Source: Lingula anatina
Lineage: Eukaryota > Animalia > Brachiopoda
Reading direction: 5' to 3'
Length of the DNA stretch: 64,000 nucleotides
Assembly (NCBI GenBank): GCA_051362555.1
Contig: CM120641.1
Coordinates: 24,992,401 to 25,056,400, forward strand
Shown here: positions 14,165 through 26,230 of the stretch, piece by piece
Numbering within the stretch: position 1 is the first letter of the stretch
Layout of the letters: each line of letters opens with the position of its first letter
Notes under the pieces: generated by a model
Database searches by the model: none
What the model saw: the letters and a program-made list of their open reading frames with translations, nothing else
Told to the model about the DNA's origin: nothing
Translations under genes and position numbers: made by a program

Positions 14165-14668
14165 TTAGTATTGATCTTTGGGTGTTGCGTGAAAAGTCAT
14201 AGAAGTTGCGTCGCTGAAATTCAGTTTGATGTCAAATCCCGAAATACCTCTCATTCTGTCACTTGGGATATTTGGGAGTTTTAACTCCATGGTGTCCAAT
14301 TTCCCTGTTCCCATTGGCCTGGGCGGTGAAGAGATGTATCTGGGCATGTTGGTGATTTGAGGCAAGGACGATCTCCCGGGAGGCGTTGCCAGGGGGGACA
14401 GATTGACCACTGGAGGAGGGGGGACCGAAGCTCGCGCTGGTTCTGCATAGCTCTGCTGCCGCGGTTTTCCGTTGTAAAACTGACCGTATTCCTGGCTAGT
14501 CTTGGGATTGGCGCGGTCCACTGGCAGCATAGGAGGGTTCTTCTGCTTCGTAAAATGCTTCACCAGGGAGGATTTTGTCCAGTCAGGCCCTAGAAAATCC
14601 CCGTAGGTGTCTGTGGTGGTTTCAGGGAAGTTGTTTTTGGGGATAAACCGTGGAATTTCACCTGGCAT
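14165..14668 (-). CDS. Uncharacterised Pro-rich protein (~167 aa), possibly related to ciliary/sperm microtubule inner proteins
   Basis: Open frame with GC content above the flanks. The ATG directly follows an acceptor-like cttgcag|T. Motifs FPETTTDTYG and PKTSQEYGQFY. A putative non-coding upstream exon lies at 15384-15483(-) (attag|...AAG|gtaat). Confidence 0.65.
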   Translation of the reverse strand: MPGEIPRFIPKNNFPETTTDTYGDFLGPDWTKSSLVKHFTKQKNPPMLPVDRANPKTSQEYGQFYNGKPRQQSYAEPARASVPPPPVVNLSPLATPPGRSSLPQITNMPRYISSPPRPMGTGKLDTMELKLPNIPSDRMRGISGFDIKLNFSDATSMTFHATPKDQY

Positions 14669-15309
14669 ACTGCAAGCTATCACTAACAGCTAAACCGAGA
14701 ACAGAACTACCCTGGAAGTGAAATTTTTAGAAATGCCGATAAAAATTAAAAATAAAATTTCGACGATGACAAGCATTTCCAATAGCGTTCCTCTCATTAC
14801 TGGAGAGAGGTTGAGAAAAAAGATTTATATCACTTCTTTTGACAATGATTAAGGCCATAAAGGACCAGGGCATGTAATCACTATTTATGCTCTCCCTGCA
14901 AGACACCGTATTTCGAAATATGATAAAATAGAACTAAATGGTCAACGAAATATGGAGACCTACTTTGAAAAATGATAAGCTCTTCAAAGAATCAATTAAA
15001 GCTCCGCGAGCTCAGTTTTAGATCCAGGGTTGCTACAGCATGTAAAAAAGTAATATGCTTAGAGCTTAGGCTGTGCGAAGGCGATTTATAACCACTGGCT
15101 TTCAGAAAGAATTTTTTTGTAATTACTACCACTACTGTGTATATATTTTCGACTAATGCATGAAGAGTCAAAACGACAAAGCAACTACTTGTTGCATACG
15201 AACTCTGAGTTACCCGTATTAAACTGATTTTAAAAATTTCATTTTGCTAGAAAATCTTTACATATATGAAGCTGAAACCACCGATAAATCACGTTAAACA
15301 TAAACCAGG

Positions 15310-15315
15310 GCACAC

Positions 15316-15351
<36 letters not shown>
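15310..15351. repeat. (CA)n microsatellite
   Basis: Direct reading. Confidence 0.9.
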
Positions 15352-15354
<3 letters not shown>

Positions 15355-17549
15355 TTGCATTTTCTGATAATACGAATTATTACCTTAGTAAATCCCAGAT
15401 CCCTTCTTAAAAAACGTGCGCAACCTTGCGAGTCTCCTTTTGCAAGTAAGGGATTATCAGCTCGTTAGGGAGGTATTGACCACCTAATGTGGCGTAGTTA
15501 ATAACGATTGTTTTCTATGCCAGATTTTCATGCCCACTCAATAAATCAACCCCATGGAGAGCAGGGGTATTCAACTGAACAGCTGCGATACAATGGGACA
15601 GATAATAAAACTTGGCAAAGGCGATCCGATACCACTAGAGTATCGGTAAAAATATTGAGTAATAGGCCTATATCGAACATAACTAACAAATTTCAAGGAT
15701 ATTTTGTTTTTTGAAGACAATTACAGGTAATAAGAAAAACATCTTGACCAACCTTGAATTGAAGAGGACAATTTACAAATTACCCCTTAATTGGAGTTTT
15801 GATCAATTTTTGTGTCACTGGTCACTGGTCCGGTCCACTTTGATATCTTTGCTCCCTTGACATGGGGGTGAGGGTTGGGCGGTGGGGTAGGGGTGGATTC
15901 GTTAAAGTGACTCACTTAAGTGACATACCTCGCTAAAAAGTTAGAATTTGTCTGTGTTTCAGAATACACTGGTCCATTTAATTAAAATTGTACCGCTCAC
16001 TATGGCCATGTCGTTTTGTGGTATTTTGTAGTCTTTTCTTCTTTCGTTTTGGATTGTCGTTTTCGTTAGGGAATCAATTATTGGATTAGGGCTAGAGCTT
16101 TTTGTATTTTTGAATTTAGCGATCCCATGTTACTCTCTGTCAGAATCCAGCTGAGGGAAGATAAATCGGGATCTCCATGCGTCAGTGCTACGTCACACGA
16201 ATGCGCTACTATACTTTTTCTTTCTACATGACGTACCGGGCACCTCACGGACAATGAACCATTGAAAAAATGACTGATTAATACAGTGTGTATATTCGAA
16301 GACGGTGTCCCCGGGTCCACACATTAATTGACAAATGACTGATTATTAGTTAGCTTCATACGGTAAAATGCAAAAAGTTATTGAGGGCTATGATCGAGGT
16401 ATTGAAATTTTCAGGATCGATTGATCGGAAATGGGCTATACAGTACTTGGGTGGTGATAAAGTTACGGGTTAATTAACAAATAACTTATAATTAATAATG
16501 AGGCGAATTAATTTACCCCTGTCGGTGATTAGTAAGCTTTATAATAACTGATTGCTTAGGCCCTATAATGAGTACCGAGTTAATTAACTCATTCATAAAT
16601 GTTTAATAAGAATTGGTTGCCTTTGCAGCGGTAAAGAAACGAATGGCCGGTTATTTAAAAGTAATTTTCAGTTACAAATGAAATAAATTTAAAAATCGAA
16701 TCCAAATGCATGGGACGGGTCGAGCAATGTTTCGAGGGTGGAAGAAAATTACCCCCCCCCCCCCCCTTACAGTATTATAAATAAAAAGGTCATGTTGACG
16801 GGTAAATGCAGAGTGCCTTTATACACTCATTCTCGATATGAAGGTTCATTTAACTTTTTAAAATATTACTATTTTATTAAAAGTAAGCGAGCAGAAGAAT
16901 TGCTTGTCCAAGTGGAAGTTTACTAACATCAGTCTAGCAACTGAGAAAATAAAATTTAAAAAATGATTAGGCCTACTTCATTTATCTGTTCTCACACAAA
17001 AAACATAAACGGACTTGATTTTCAACCTTCGCTACTGTGGCTTGCAGCACCATCTTACATTCTCTAATCGATCTCGTTTATTTTACTTAAAGTAGAAAAA
17101 TTGTAACTTGTCAGGAACGAGTATGATGTCTTACGCCCCAGAAAATGTCTAGAATGTTTATTCATAAATAACTCAATAAAAAGGCGTTTACTTTTAACAA
17201 GGTCGCCGGCTTGTTATAATTTTTTTAAAAACTCGGAGCATAATTTTTGTTACTATTGATAATATGCAAATATTATCCAAATGGGTTGTAATTTTTAAAA
17301 CTTTCGTTACTAAAACAGCTGAAACCTTCGAAATACAACAACAACAAAAACAGAAAAATCATGGATTTTAAAAAAATACACAAAAATCTGGATTTATCAT
17401 TCTCTGGCATCAGAGAATAGGAAAAAGTAGAATTCACGAATAAATTTTAAACTTCATTTTCACTTTTCTGTTTTCCTGAAAAAGAGCTATGAAATGAGAA
17501 TTAGTGAATTTATTAATAGGTGTTACAAGCCTCCTTGCTGTCGCTGGAC

Positions 17550-17625
17550 CACTCGGAACTACTCGGCTGTCTCCGCACTCGACAATAACACTCGGAACTA
17601 CTCGGATGTCTCCGCACTCGACAAT
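17550..17625. repeat. 39-bp GC-rich tandem duplication upstream of DUS4L
   Basis: CACTCGGAACTACTCGG(C/A)TGTCTCCGCACTCGACAAT occurs at 17550 and 17589. Confidence 0.85.
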
Positions 17626-17958
17626 GTATGGAGCTTGCGGAATGAGCCGAGGATTGCCGATTGGGACTTCACCAATGACCTGCAAGATGCAAAGTCGTAC
17701 TAGTAAAATAAAATTCTTGAATTTAATACTAAGTTTAACCTTCCATTGGAGCTTAAATCTTTCAAATCAGCATTCATTGCATATCGTGGCTATTCATTTT
17801 AAGCATTTTTGAAGCATTTTTGGAATTTTTAAAAATATTATATCTAATTAAGTTTTGTCAGTATACGCGCGTTTGAGCAGATTGCAGCAAATAAATAGAC
17901 TACACACGCGGTGCCTCGCGAATTAGGCTTAGAAAGAAATACTATTTTCATGTTCCAG

Positions 17959-20900
17959 ATGGCTTTTGGAGATTCACAGGAAAGTGGAGAGATAGTAGAA
18001 AAAGAGGATAAATCCGATATGTCGTGGATGAAACCTTTGGCTCTATTTTCTGAAAAGAAACTTGTAAATTTATGTGCACCGATGGTTCGGTATTCAAAGT
18101 AAGTCAATTAAGAACTGCACGTTGTAAGTTGTATTACTTCAGTCAGATTTAAAGTGATTGTGATTTACCTCTTACCTCAGTATTTTACGTCCGGTTAAGA
18201 AATGGTGTTTAAGTTTCTTGAGTTTTACACGTTTAACAGTTTTAATGACAGCTAGACTTTAAAAAATGAATGAAATATGATTGACATCAATTTATTATTT
18301 TTTCTGGGGAGGGGGAGGGGTTCAGTTCTTATCATTATTTCCTTGCTTTTACCTGAAAACATAGGTAATAATTAATTGCACTTAGAGATATTAATGAAAT
18401 ATAAAACCATGTAAATATACGTTGGAACTAAGTATTTGGTCATTTTTCTTAAAAATTCTACATAAGAATTTTAAAAAAGAGATTATTATTATTATTATTT
18501 TATTACTGGTGTTTAAACTTCCAGATTGCCATTTAGGACATTAGTCAGAAAGTACCAGTGTGACATAGCATACACACCTATGATAGTGTCCAACTGCTTT
18601 GTATGCTCACAGAAAGCCAGAGATAGTGATTTTGCCACATGCAAGGGTAAGGTTTGAAAATGGGTGTCATCAGTGCAGCTTTTGATGGTCACCCAGTGAT
18701 GTACATTATTAAAAATAATATCAGCTTCCTATCACACTGATGGAAATTAACTGACAGCTTCTATCAGTTGACATCTTTAATGGTCCTTAGTACTTTATGT
18801 TGTTATGTTGTGGAACCCCTATGTTACAAGCATGATTTTTGGTTCTTGGTTCTACACAACTGTTGGTGTAGGAGAAAACACCAGTAATTAAAAAATGATC
18901 TGAATAGTATTCTCTTTCTATATAATATTGTTTTTGAATGTATTTTAAATCCTTAAATGCAGTTTTATATAATTGATGATATATAAAAAAATATTTCTGT
19001 TTTTGATTTCTTAAATGATAAATGCTTAATTGAATTTAATCATGTTCTTGTAAATTTTGAAAATATAATGAAAAATGTAAATTAAGACTTTATTACTTTA
19101 TTTTACCATGAAGGTGACAGACCTTTGATAACTCAGTTTGCTGCTAGTAATGCCACAGACTTGGCAGATGCTGCAGAAATAGTGGCAAAGTAAGTAATGG
19201 AAGTAATGGATTTATTGCAGCTCTACATAACATTTCAAATATGCAGCGTATGTGTGTGCAACTGTGTGTGTGTGCGTGAGGGAGAACTTTTTAACTGTAT
19301 TTAAATATTATGTATCATAATGTTGCTCAGATGATCGATAAGATATGTAGAAGAATTTACAATTCTGTTCCTTATTTTGCCAGATAAAAAAAGATCAAAA
19401 TGAAATATGAGATGCATTGTTTATTTATTACATGCACGAATAATTTAGATAGGATGAAGCTAATCAGTAAACTTTTGATTGTTTTATTCTAGTTACTCTG
19501 ATGGAGTGGATTTAAATTGCGGTTGTCCTCAACGGTTCGTTAATTAATGCCAAACTATTCATCAGATCAATGAACTGCTTTTAATACATTTAAGAACTTA
19601 ATTTGTTTTAATTTCATTTAATAGACATGAGTGATTTTACCATCACAGACCAATAAAAAATAAAACATCTTAAACTTTAAAATATGGCACCTGTAGGTAA
19701 ATGAGATTATGTTACACCCAGTGAGCAAAAGTGATGGAAGTTAATTGGAGATTTTATTTCTTATTTCCTCCCTCTCAGCTGGGCTATGCAGGAGGGCTAT
19801 GGGGCATGTTTAATTAAGAAGCCAGAGTTAGTCAAAGACATGGTGACACAGGTCAGGAACAGAGTCTCCGTAGACGAGAACTTCACAGTGTCTATCAAGA
19901 TCAGAATTCACAAAGACTTGAGGTAGGGGAAGTATTCAAGGAAAGATATACCCCTTCCCCACAACTTCCCATGTGCACCACCACCTTGGATGATTTCCAT
20001 ACTTTTAAAATTCAAGTTGAGAAAGTTACAGAATTTTGTATAAGATATTCAGAAACTAGGAATTGCAAGGAGATGAGAGAGTATTCTACTGTATTGAGAA
20101 TCCACTTTGCATTTTTGCTAGAATTGATGTGATTTAAGCTCTTTGATAGTGTGAAGGTCATGTAAATATTTGTGTATCTGTAATGAAGTGTGTGTAAAAT
20201 TTGGCAAACATTTCAATTCAGGACAATTCTTATATTATTTCTTCATCTGTATGAAAGAATTGATCCTTGTCAAAAAAGGTTTGCCTTTCTTAAAATGCAA
20301 TTCATGGTGACATAGGTGGTTGAATGACAAAGTTGATGCCTCTTTCATTTTGATAAATTTGGTATCTCTTTCATTTTAGAGAAACAGTAGATCTTTGTCA
20401 GAAAGCAGAGAAGGCTGGTGTTTCTTGGATTGCTGTCCATGGTCGCACAGTGGACCAGAGGTGTGAACCGGTCAATGTGGAAGCCTTGCGACTAGTGAAA
20501 GACTCTTTAACTGTGCCTGTGATTGCTAATGGTGACATAAGGAGTGTGGAAGATGCAAAGAGAATACAAGAGGTGACTGGTGTTGATGGTATGTCCTTAT
20601 TGTATTTCTGTAAACCCAAACCCACATGCACTGGGTATATGAAGTTGCTAGATTCACCAGGGCCCTGCAACTTGAAAGCATTGCGCATTGCGATCGAGCG
20701 CAAGCGTCTCGATTTCATTACTCACCCCATATAATACACTGTAGCCTCTATGTGATATCACTATTTGCAATGCGCGATGCTTTCGAGTTACGGGGCCCAG
20801 GTTTGCTAAATGCTATGGTTCTTAATGACTGAAAAAATTGGAAAACATATAAATGAAAAGCTAACATTTATATGAGTTAGCTTAAAAGGTAGAAAAAAGA

Positions 20901-23235
20901 ATTATTTTCACCATTCATTGACCGTTAAAATTTTAAAATTTTGTCTGAATTGGTTAATTAGCTAGAATGACCTTCTCTGGCTGCATTCAGAACAGCAGAC
21001 TAACTAGTCCACAGATCAAATATGGCTACCCATGTCAAAAGCTTGCTGTCTAATCCCCTATGCTGAAAAGATACCCCGCAGGGATTACGCAGCAAGCATT
21101 CAAGAGGGTCAACCATATTGGATTCGTGGACTAGTTAGTCTGCTTTTGTGAATGCGGCCTCTGATTTTAACCTGAACCAGACCACTTGCAGAATTTCTCC
21201 TGTTTTATCTTTAGGTGTAATGGCAGCCAGAGGTATATTACAGAATCCAGCAATGTATGCAGGATATGATGCCACACCAGTACAATGTGTCAGAGATTGG
21301 GTGAGTCTAAGTTGGATTTAGAATTTCCTTTAGTAAGGAGGTCTTGCAAATGTCTAACAATGAATATGCTCTATAAGAATATTCGCATTTCATAGCCATA
21401 GTTTTGCAAGCTGCAATTGGTGGACAAATATGAAGTTAACAGAGGTGGATTACTGCCAAATGTGAAATGGTGTTCAGGGTGTTAAAAAAATCTTGCTCAG
21501 TTCAAAATGGTGAAAAATGTTGTCCAGGGTGATGAAAAAATCTTGCTCAGTTCAAAATGATTTTATCGCCATTTACATTTTAAATAATTGGCTGTGAAAA
21601 CAATCAAATGAACAATTGAGTGTTTATCTAACATGAAATCGTGATTAAACATCCATGTATTAATATGAATGAACTCAATTTGTACATTAATTTTTTGATG
21701 ACTATGTAAAACGAAGTAATGATAAGTATAAAATGATGACATACTTCACATTTCATACTTTGTATTCATACTTAAGCAAACCTCTTTTAAATCAAGAATT
21801 CTTCCATTATATGAAGATCTGGCTTTATCTTGGTTCTGATTTTAATTATATTACCAATTTTACAGTTTATGAATGCTTCAGTATTTCTTCCTTTCAAAAA
21901 TATAGTGATAAACATGGTGCTTAAACTTCTACATTGGCAGGAATATATTATACTATAAGATGAACTAAATACACCATAATAAAAATTTATAGATATAATA
22001 AAATTTTCAAATTTTCTTCTTTTTAAATAGTTTTCCATTCTATTAATAGATGGATTTCATACTTTGTATTTATTCTTGGGCAATTTGCAAAAACTCTCCT
22101 AAATCGAGAATTCTTTAGCATTCTTCCATAATACCAAGAACTGACTTTATCTTGGTCCTGATTTTAATAATATTACCTCTCAGTTTAACAGTTTTTATTA
22201 ATGTTTCAGTATTTCTTCCTTTCAAAGATATAGTGATGAACATGGTGCTTAAATTTCTGCATTTGCATGAAAATATTAAACTATTATAAGAGGAACTTCA
22301 CTACAGTAAAATTATATATATATATATAACAAAATTTTAAAAAAAATTCTCTCATTCTATTAATAAATGGATCATTGTATGGCATAGGTCAGACATGCTG
22401 AAAACTTTTCAGAATGGTCGGACATTTAGACTGGCAGTAATGAAAAATTTGCCAGACCGAATGGATTTTTGTCGGACCGAAAATCACTCTATATGTTTGA
22501 GACAGATACTACCAGTACGATTAGGTAGCTTACTTTGTATTTGAATGTGATAGTTTTGAAATGGAAGGGAAAAACGCTTTGGGTTTTATATAATTTTATT
22601 AGTGAAGTATGTCAAAAGATGACTGTAAATTCAAATGCGGTTCTTAAAACTCTTGTCGGTCCTTTGGACCGACCAAGTCCAATTTTCTACTGGTCCAGAC
22701 AAATTTTCCCAGGCACGACTGATCGGACCGACAGTTTCAGCATGTCTGCATAGGTGACTACATGTATGAATAAATGAAATGAAAATGCAGAGTTTATAAA
22801 ATGCAGGTTTATAAAATTGGTGGTTTCCTTGACATAGGTCAATCATCAGTGATGTCATTTGCTGCACTTTTTTTTTTTTTGCTATTTTACTCTATAGTAC
22901 CCTTCAGTGTGAAATGAAATAGGCTGTAATTAAAAGGTGATATTAGACAGTTATGCTTATATTACATATAATACTTGCATCACTAACATGACTCAGATAG
23001 TCATTTTTTGTGGAATGAAACTGTGTTGAATACAATATGGCTTTTTAATTCAAGCATTTTCTTATTTCAGTTGGATATAGCATTATCGCAAGGTATATCC
23101 TTCACAACCTTCCACCATCATCTGATGTACATGCTGGAGAAAGTCATGTCAAGGTCAGAAAGACGATTGTTCAATTCGTTGTCCAGCATCACTGCTGTTC
23201 TGGAATATCTAAGGGAACATTATGGGATAGGATAA
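17959..23235 (+). CDS. DUS4L: tRNA-dihydrouridine(20a/20b) synthase [NAD(P)+]-like, 8 coding exons
   Basis: Exons 17959-18098, 18525-18646, 19114-19189, 19493-19534, 19779-19922, 20380-20588, 21215-21300, 23071-23235. Motifs CAPMVRYSKLPFRTLVRKY, catalytic DLNCGCPQRWAMQEGYGACL, SIKIRIH, AVHGRT, PVIANGDI, GVMAARG, FHHHLMYM...HYGIG*. The start may be the ATG at 17950 or 17959. Confidence 0.96.
20657..20801. mobile_element. Palindromic MITE in DUS4L intron 6
   Basis: Imperfect ~35-bp TIRs: CCAGGGCCCTGCAACTTGAAAGCATTGCGCATTGC and GCAATGCGCGATGCTTTCGAGTTACGGGGCCCAGG. Confidence 0.7.
20979..21159. mobile_element. MITE with ~50-bp TIRs and 3-bp TSD (PIF/Harbinger-like)
   Basis: GGCTGCATTCAGAACAGCAGACTAACTAGTCCAC...GTGGACTAGTTAGTCTGCTTTTGTGAATGCGGCC, flanked by TCT on both sides. 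Confidence 0.75.
21750..22372. repeat. Diverged ~305-bp tandem duplication in DUS4L intron 7
   Basis: ATTTCATACTTTGTATT, CTTTATCTTGG, TTCAGTATTTCTTCCTTTCAAA, ACATGGTGCTTAAA and CATTCTATTAATA each occur twice, about 300-330 bp apart. Confidence 0.75.
22390..22748. mobile_element. hAT-like MITE in DUS4L intron 7
   Basis: TIRs CAGACATGCTGAAA and TTTCAGCATGTCTG. Flanking direct repeat CATAGGT (GCATAGGT if the boundary is offset by one). Subterminal GGACCGA/TCGGTCC repeats. Confidence 0.8.
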
Positions 23236-26230
23236 TACTTAAATGCTGGTGCATCATGGGATATAATAAAGCAATGTGTAGGTGATCAAAAATACAGATC
23301 CCAAACATGGCTAAACTGCTGACGTTGGAGTATTGGAGATTCCTTTACTTGGCAGAATATATGATGGGCATTCTTGGATTGGATGAAGTTTTTGCCACAT
23401 ACATTGTACCAAGGAATGAACAGTATTTGTTAATACTGAGTTTAATGATCAGAAAAATCTACAACTGATGTAAATTGAGTAGTTGGGGAAAAAGTACAGT
23501 TTAGTCACAGGTACACCATAAGAGTTTCTTAAAGCTAGTGTGACAAATTTGAAGAAAAAAAATTAAATTAAAAAAATTGCATCATGACAGTTACTAGTAA
23601 TGGAAGTCTTCTGGATTTATCCATTAAGTCTGACTATTTGGGATTTGTGCTTATGCCCCCTTTGGCGCTTGTATTTTGTTTTCAGGATTTTCTTAAAGGT
23701 CCATTTTCATCCCTGAGTTGAGCTGGACAATTGTGGGGAAAATTAGGGCGGTGGTATGGAGGGTGGTTCTGTTTAAATGACTCTCTTACAACATAGCCAG
23801 GCTATTAATTAACTGTATTTAATAAAAAGGACCTGGCTCTGTTGCACATAACCTACTACTCTGCTCCTGTTATCCTGTCTGAAGAAAGTGGCAAAGTGAT
23901 ATTTTACAGGATAAGGTAATCGAGGTGAAAAGACTTGAATTCAGTAAGTTTGTTCTTTAAAAAAGATGGATTTGAAGAGTTATTCATGTATGCTCTGATT
24001 TGAAATGTTATTCCAGGGCATTGGACATTGACATAGAAATCTATGTTATCCTTTGACTTACAGATGTATGAGAAAGGGGAGAGGGGGGGGACTACAAAGC
24101 ATACGCACAAGTTGAGGCACAAGGAAAAAAGGCGTTTCAGTTTTTCATTGAAATATTAAAAACAGAAATTATTGTGACTGCATCCGTTTATTTCATTTTT
24201 GTAGGATATGCACGACCATTTCTTGTCTCCAACATAAAACTATTTGTGTTAGTCTGCAAAATTTTAAACTGGTGTGTCAATAATAATGATATCATTTATA
24301 AAGATGAGACATTGTATTTCTTTCGATTTTTAATGTTTATTTCATATTCCATATTTATGCATTTTTACAATAAACTTTCAGCTGACATTTTTTAAAATTT
24401 TAAATCAAAGCTTTTGTAGAACTTGATTATGAAAGCCTGATTGTTTAAAATCACAAATTGATAGAATTACATCAGGATAAATGACATTTTGAAATGGATC
24501 CAGGTGTCTGTTGTTGGACCATTTAGTTACATATGAAGCGAGCATAGATTCTATGCAACAGCATATAATGTAAATCACTACTACCAGTTTTATAAAATCT
24601 GAATGCCAATTTATAATATAAATTATAGGATATACCAAATTAATTATGCAGTCAGTCAAAAGAAAACCTTTGAAACTACCCCTTCTTCAAATTTCTGGTG
24701 TAAATTTGACATATCTATCAGTCCCTCCAGTTTGTATAAGTCCATCAAATGATGTAGTAATGAATGACATGCTGCTACTTCATAGCATGATATAGTTCAA
24801 ATGAAATGACCTAGGGTTATATAAAGCACAGAAAGTAAGAAAATGTCTAAAATGACACCCTTTGGTATATCTTTAAGTTATTTTATTTAAAGCTATATGG
24901 TGGCATTTGATCGGGTTTAGTTTCTGTGTTATTAGTTTGCTTAATCTCCTTTTAAATACACAGGTAAATGGGTAAATGAAATGAAGAGCACCATAATTAC
25001 AAAAACAAATCTATCTTCATGAACACTTCCCTAGGCAATCTGCTTCCCTCTGTTAAACTATATTTTGGTTGAATTTTAAGCTCATGTATACAGAACTTTT
25101 GTCAAATTCCAAGTTAATCCTAATACTGGAACGTATTAATTTAATATGGGAGGGAGGGGCATGCATATGTGTACAAACAAAGGTAAACATGCTGCAAAGT
25201 AGTGTGCGCGCTACAACCAGGAAGTTGTTTTAAACTTCAAGTTATTTTGTTCAGTGCCGCTAAACCAAAATGCTATTGTTGTTGCTGGTATTGTTATTTA
25301 AATGCATTTTACTGCATTATGAAATGGCTAAAGAAAAAATTGTTTGGAAAGGGTAGGATTTCAAAGCTGGGTGCTAGGGTGGTGGAATTCAACCACTTAC
25401 AGGAGTTGGATTGTAAAAACGAGACACCACATAGGTGAACTTACTCAACAGACTGATATACAGAAGACACTGGTGTCAGGAACTCAGACTTCAGAGTTTT
25501 ACATGACATTGTATCCTATATATAATAGGGGGAAAAAGATGTCCCTTTGGTGAAATCATCTTTATTCAGCTCTCATGCAAAACACATTTTAGGTGAAGTG
25601 AAGTACACTTTTCACAGAAGAAGAGTTTGGATTTGTCTTTAATTACAAAGGTAAGAAGAAAAAGAACTACTTAAGTAGCTTCAACTTTACTTCATTAAAA
25701 TTTGCTGTGCATGAAGTAGAATTTCGCTTAATAAGATTTTGGACAAAGAGTTTCGTTTAGCATAATGATATAATTTTAGTTATGTATATGAAAAAGATTT
25801 GTGCTTCCATGTCATGTTAGGTGTGACATAGGTAAAAAAGGCAAATGGTATTTCTTTGCTGTAGTTCGTTGCCCTTGAAAAGGGTTTCCTTTGATCAGAC
25901 AACACTTATAAGTGGATAAACAAGTGCGACCTGAGTTAATTTGGAAGAAATCAGTTTTTTTTCACCTTTTTTTTTTAATGGAAAAAAAATGCAGTGACGA
26001 AGAAATTTTAAAAAAGGCCCCAAGAATACCCAAAAGGTGACTAGTATAAGATTTTCCTGTGAAAAAATCATACTTAATGAAATCTGGGGTAAATGGTATT
26101 TTCTCCAAATACCCAATCTTTGATCCTCTTTTCATGACACTTACCATAACTTTGTAACAATCTAGTAAAGTGGAGTTTTTCAAATGTAGTCAAGATTAAT
26201 CTTAAAGTTTATAAACACTTCTTTTTTATT

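Noticed and set aside
24405-24810. Minus-strand frame with an in-frame TGA (possible selenoprotein or pseudogene)
   Set aside because: No recognisable homology, redox motif or SECIS; an AT-rich chance ORF.
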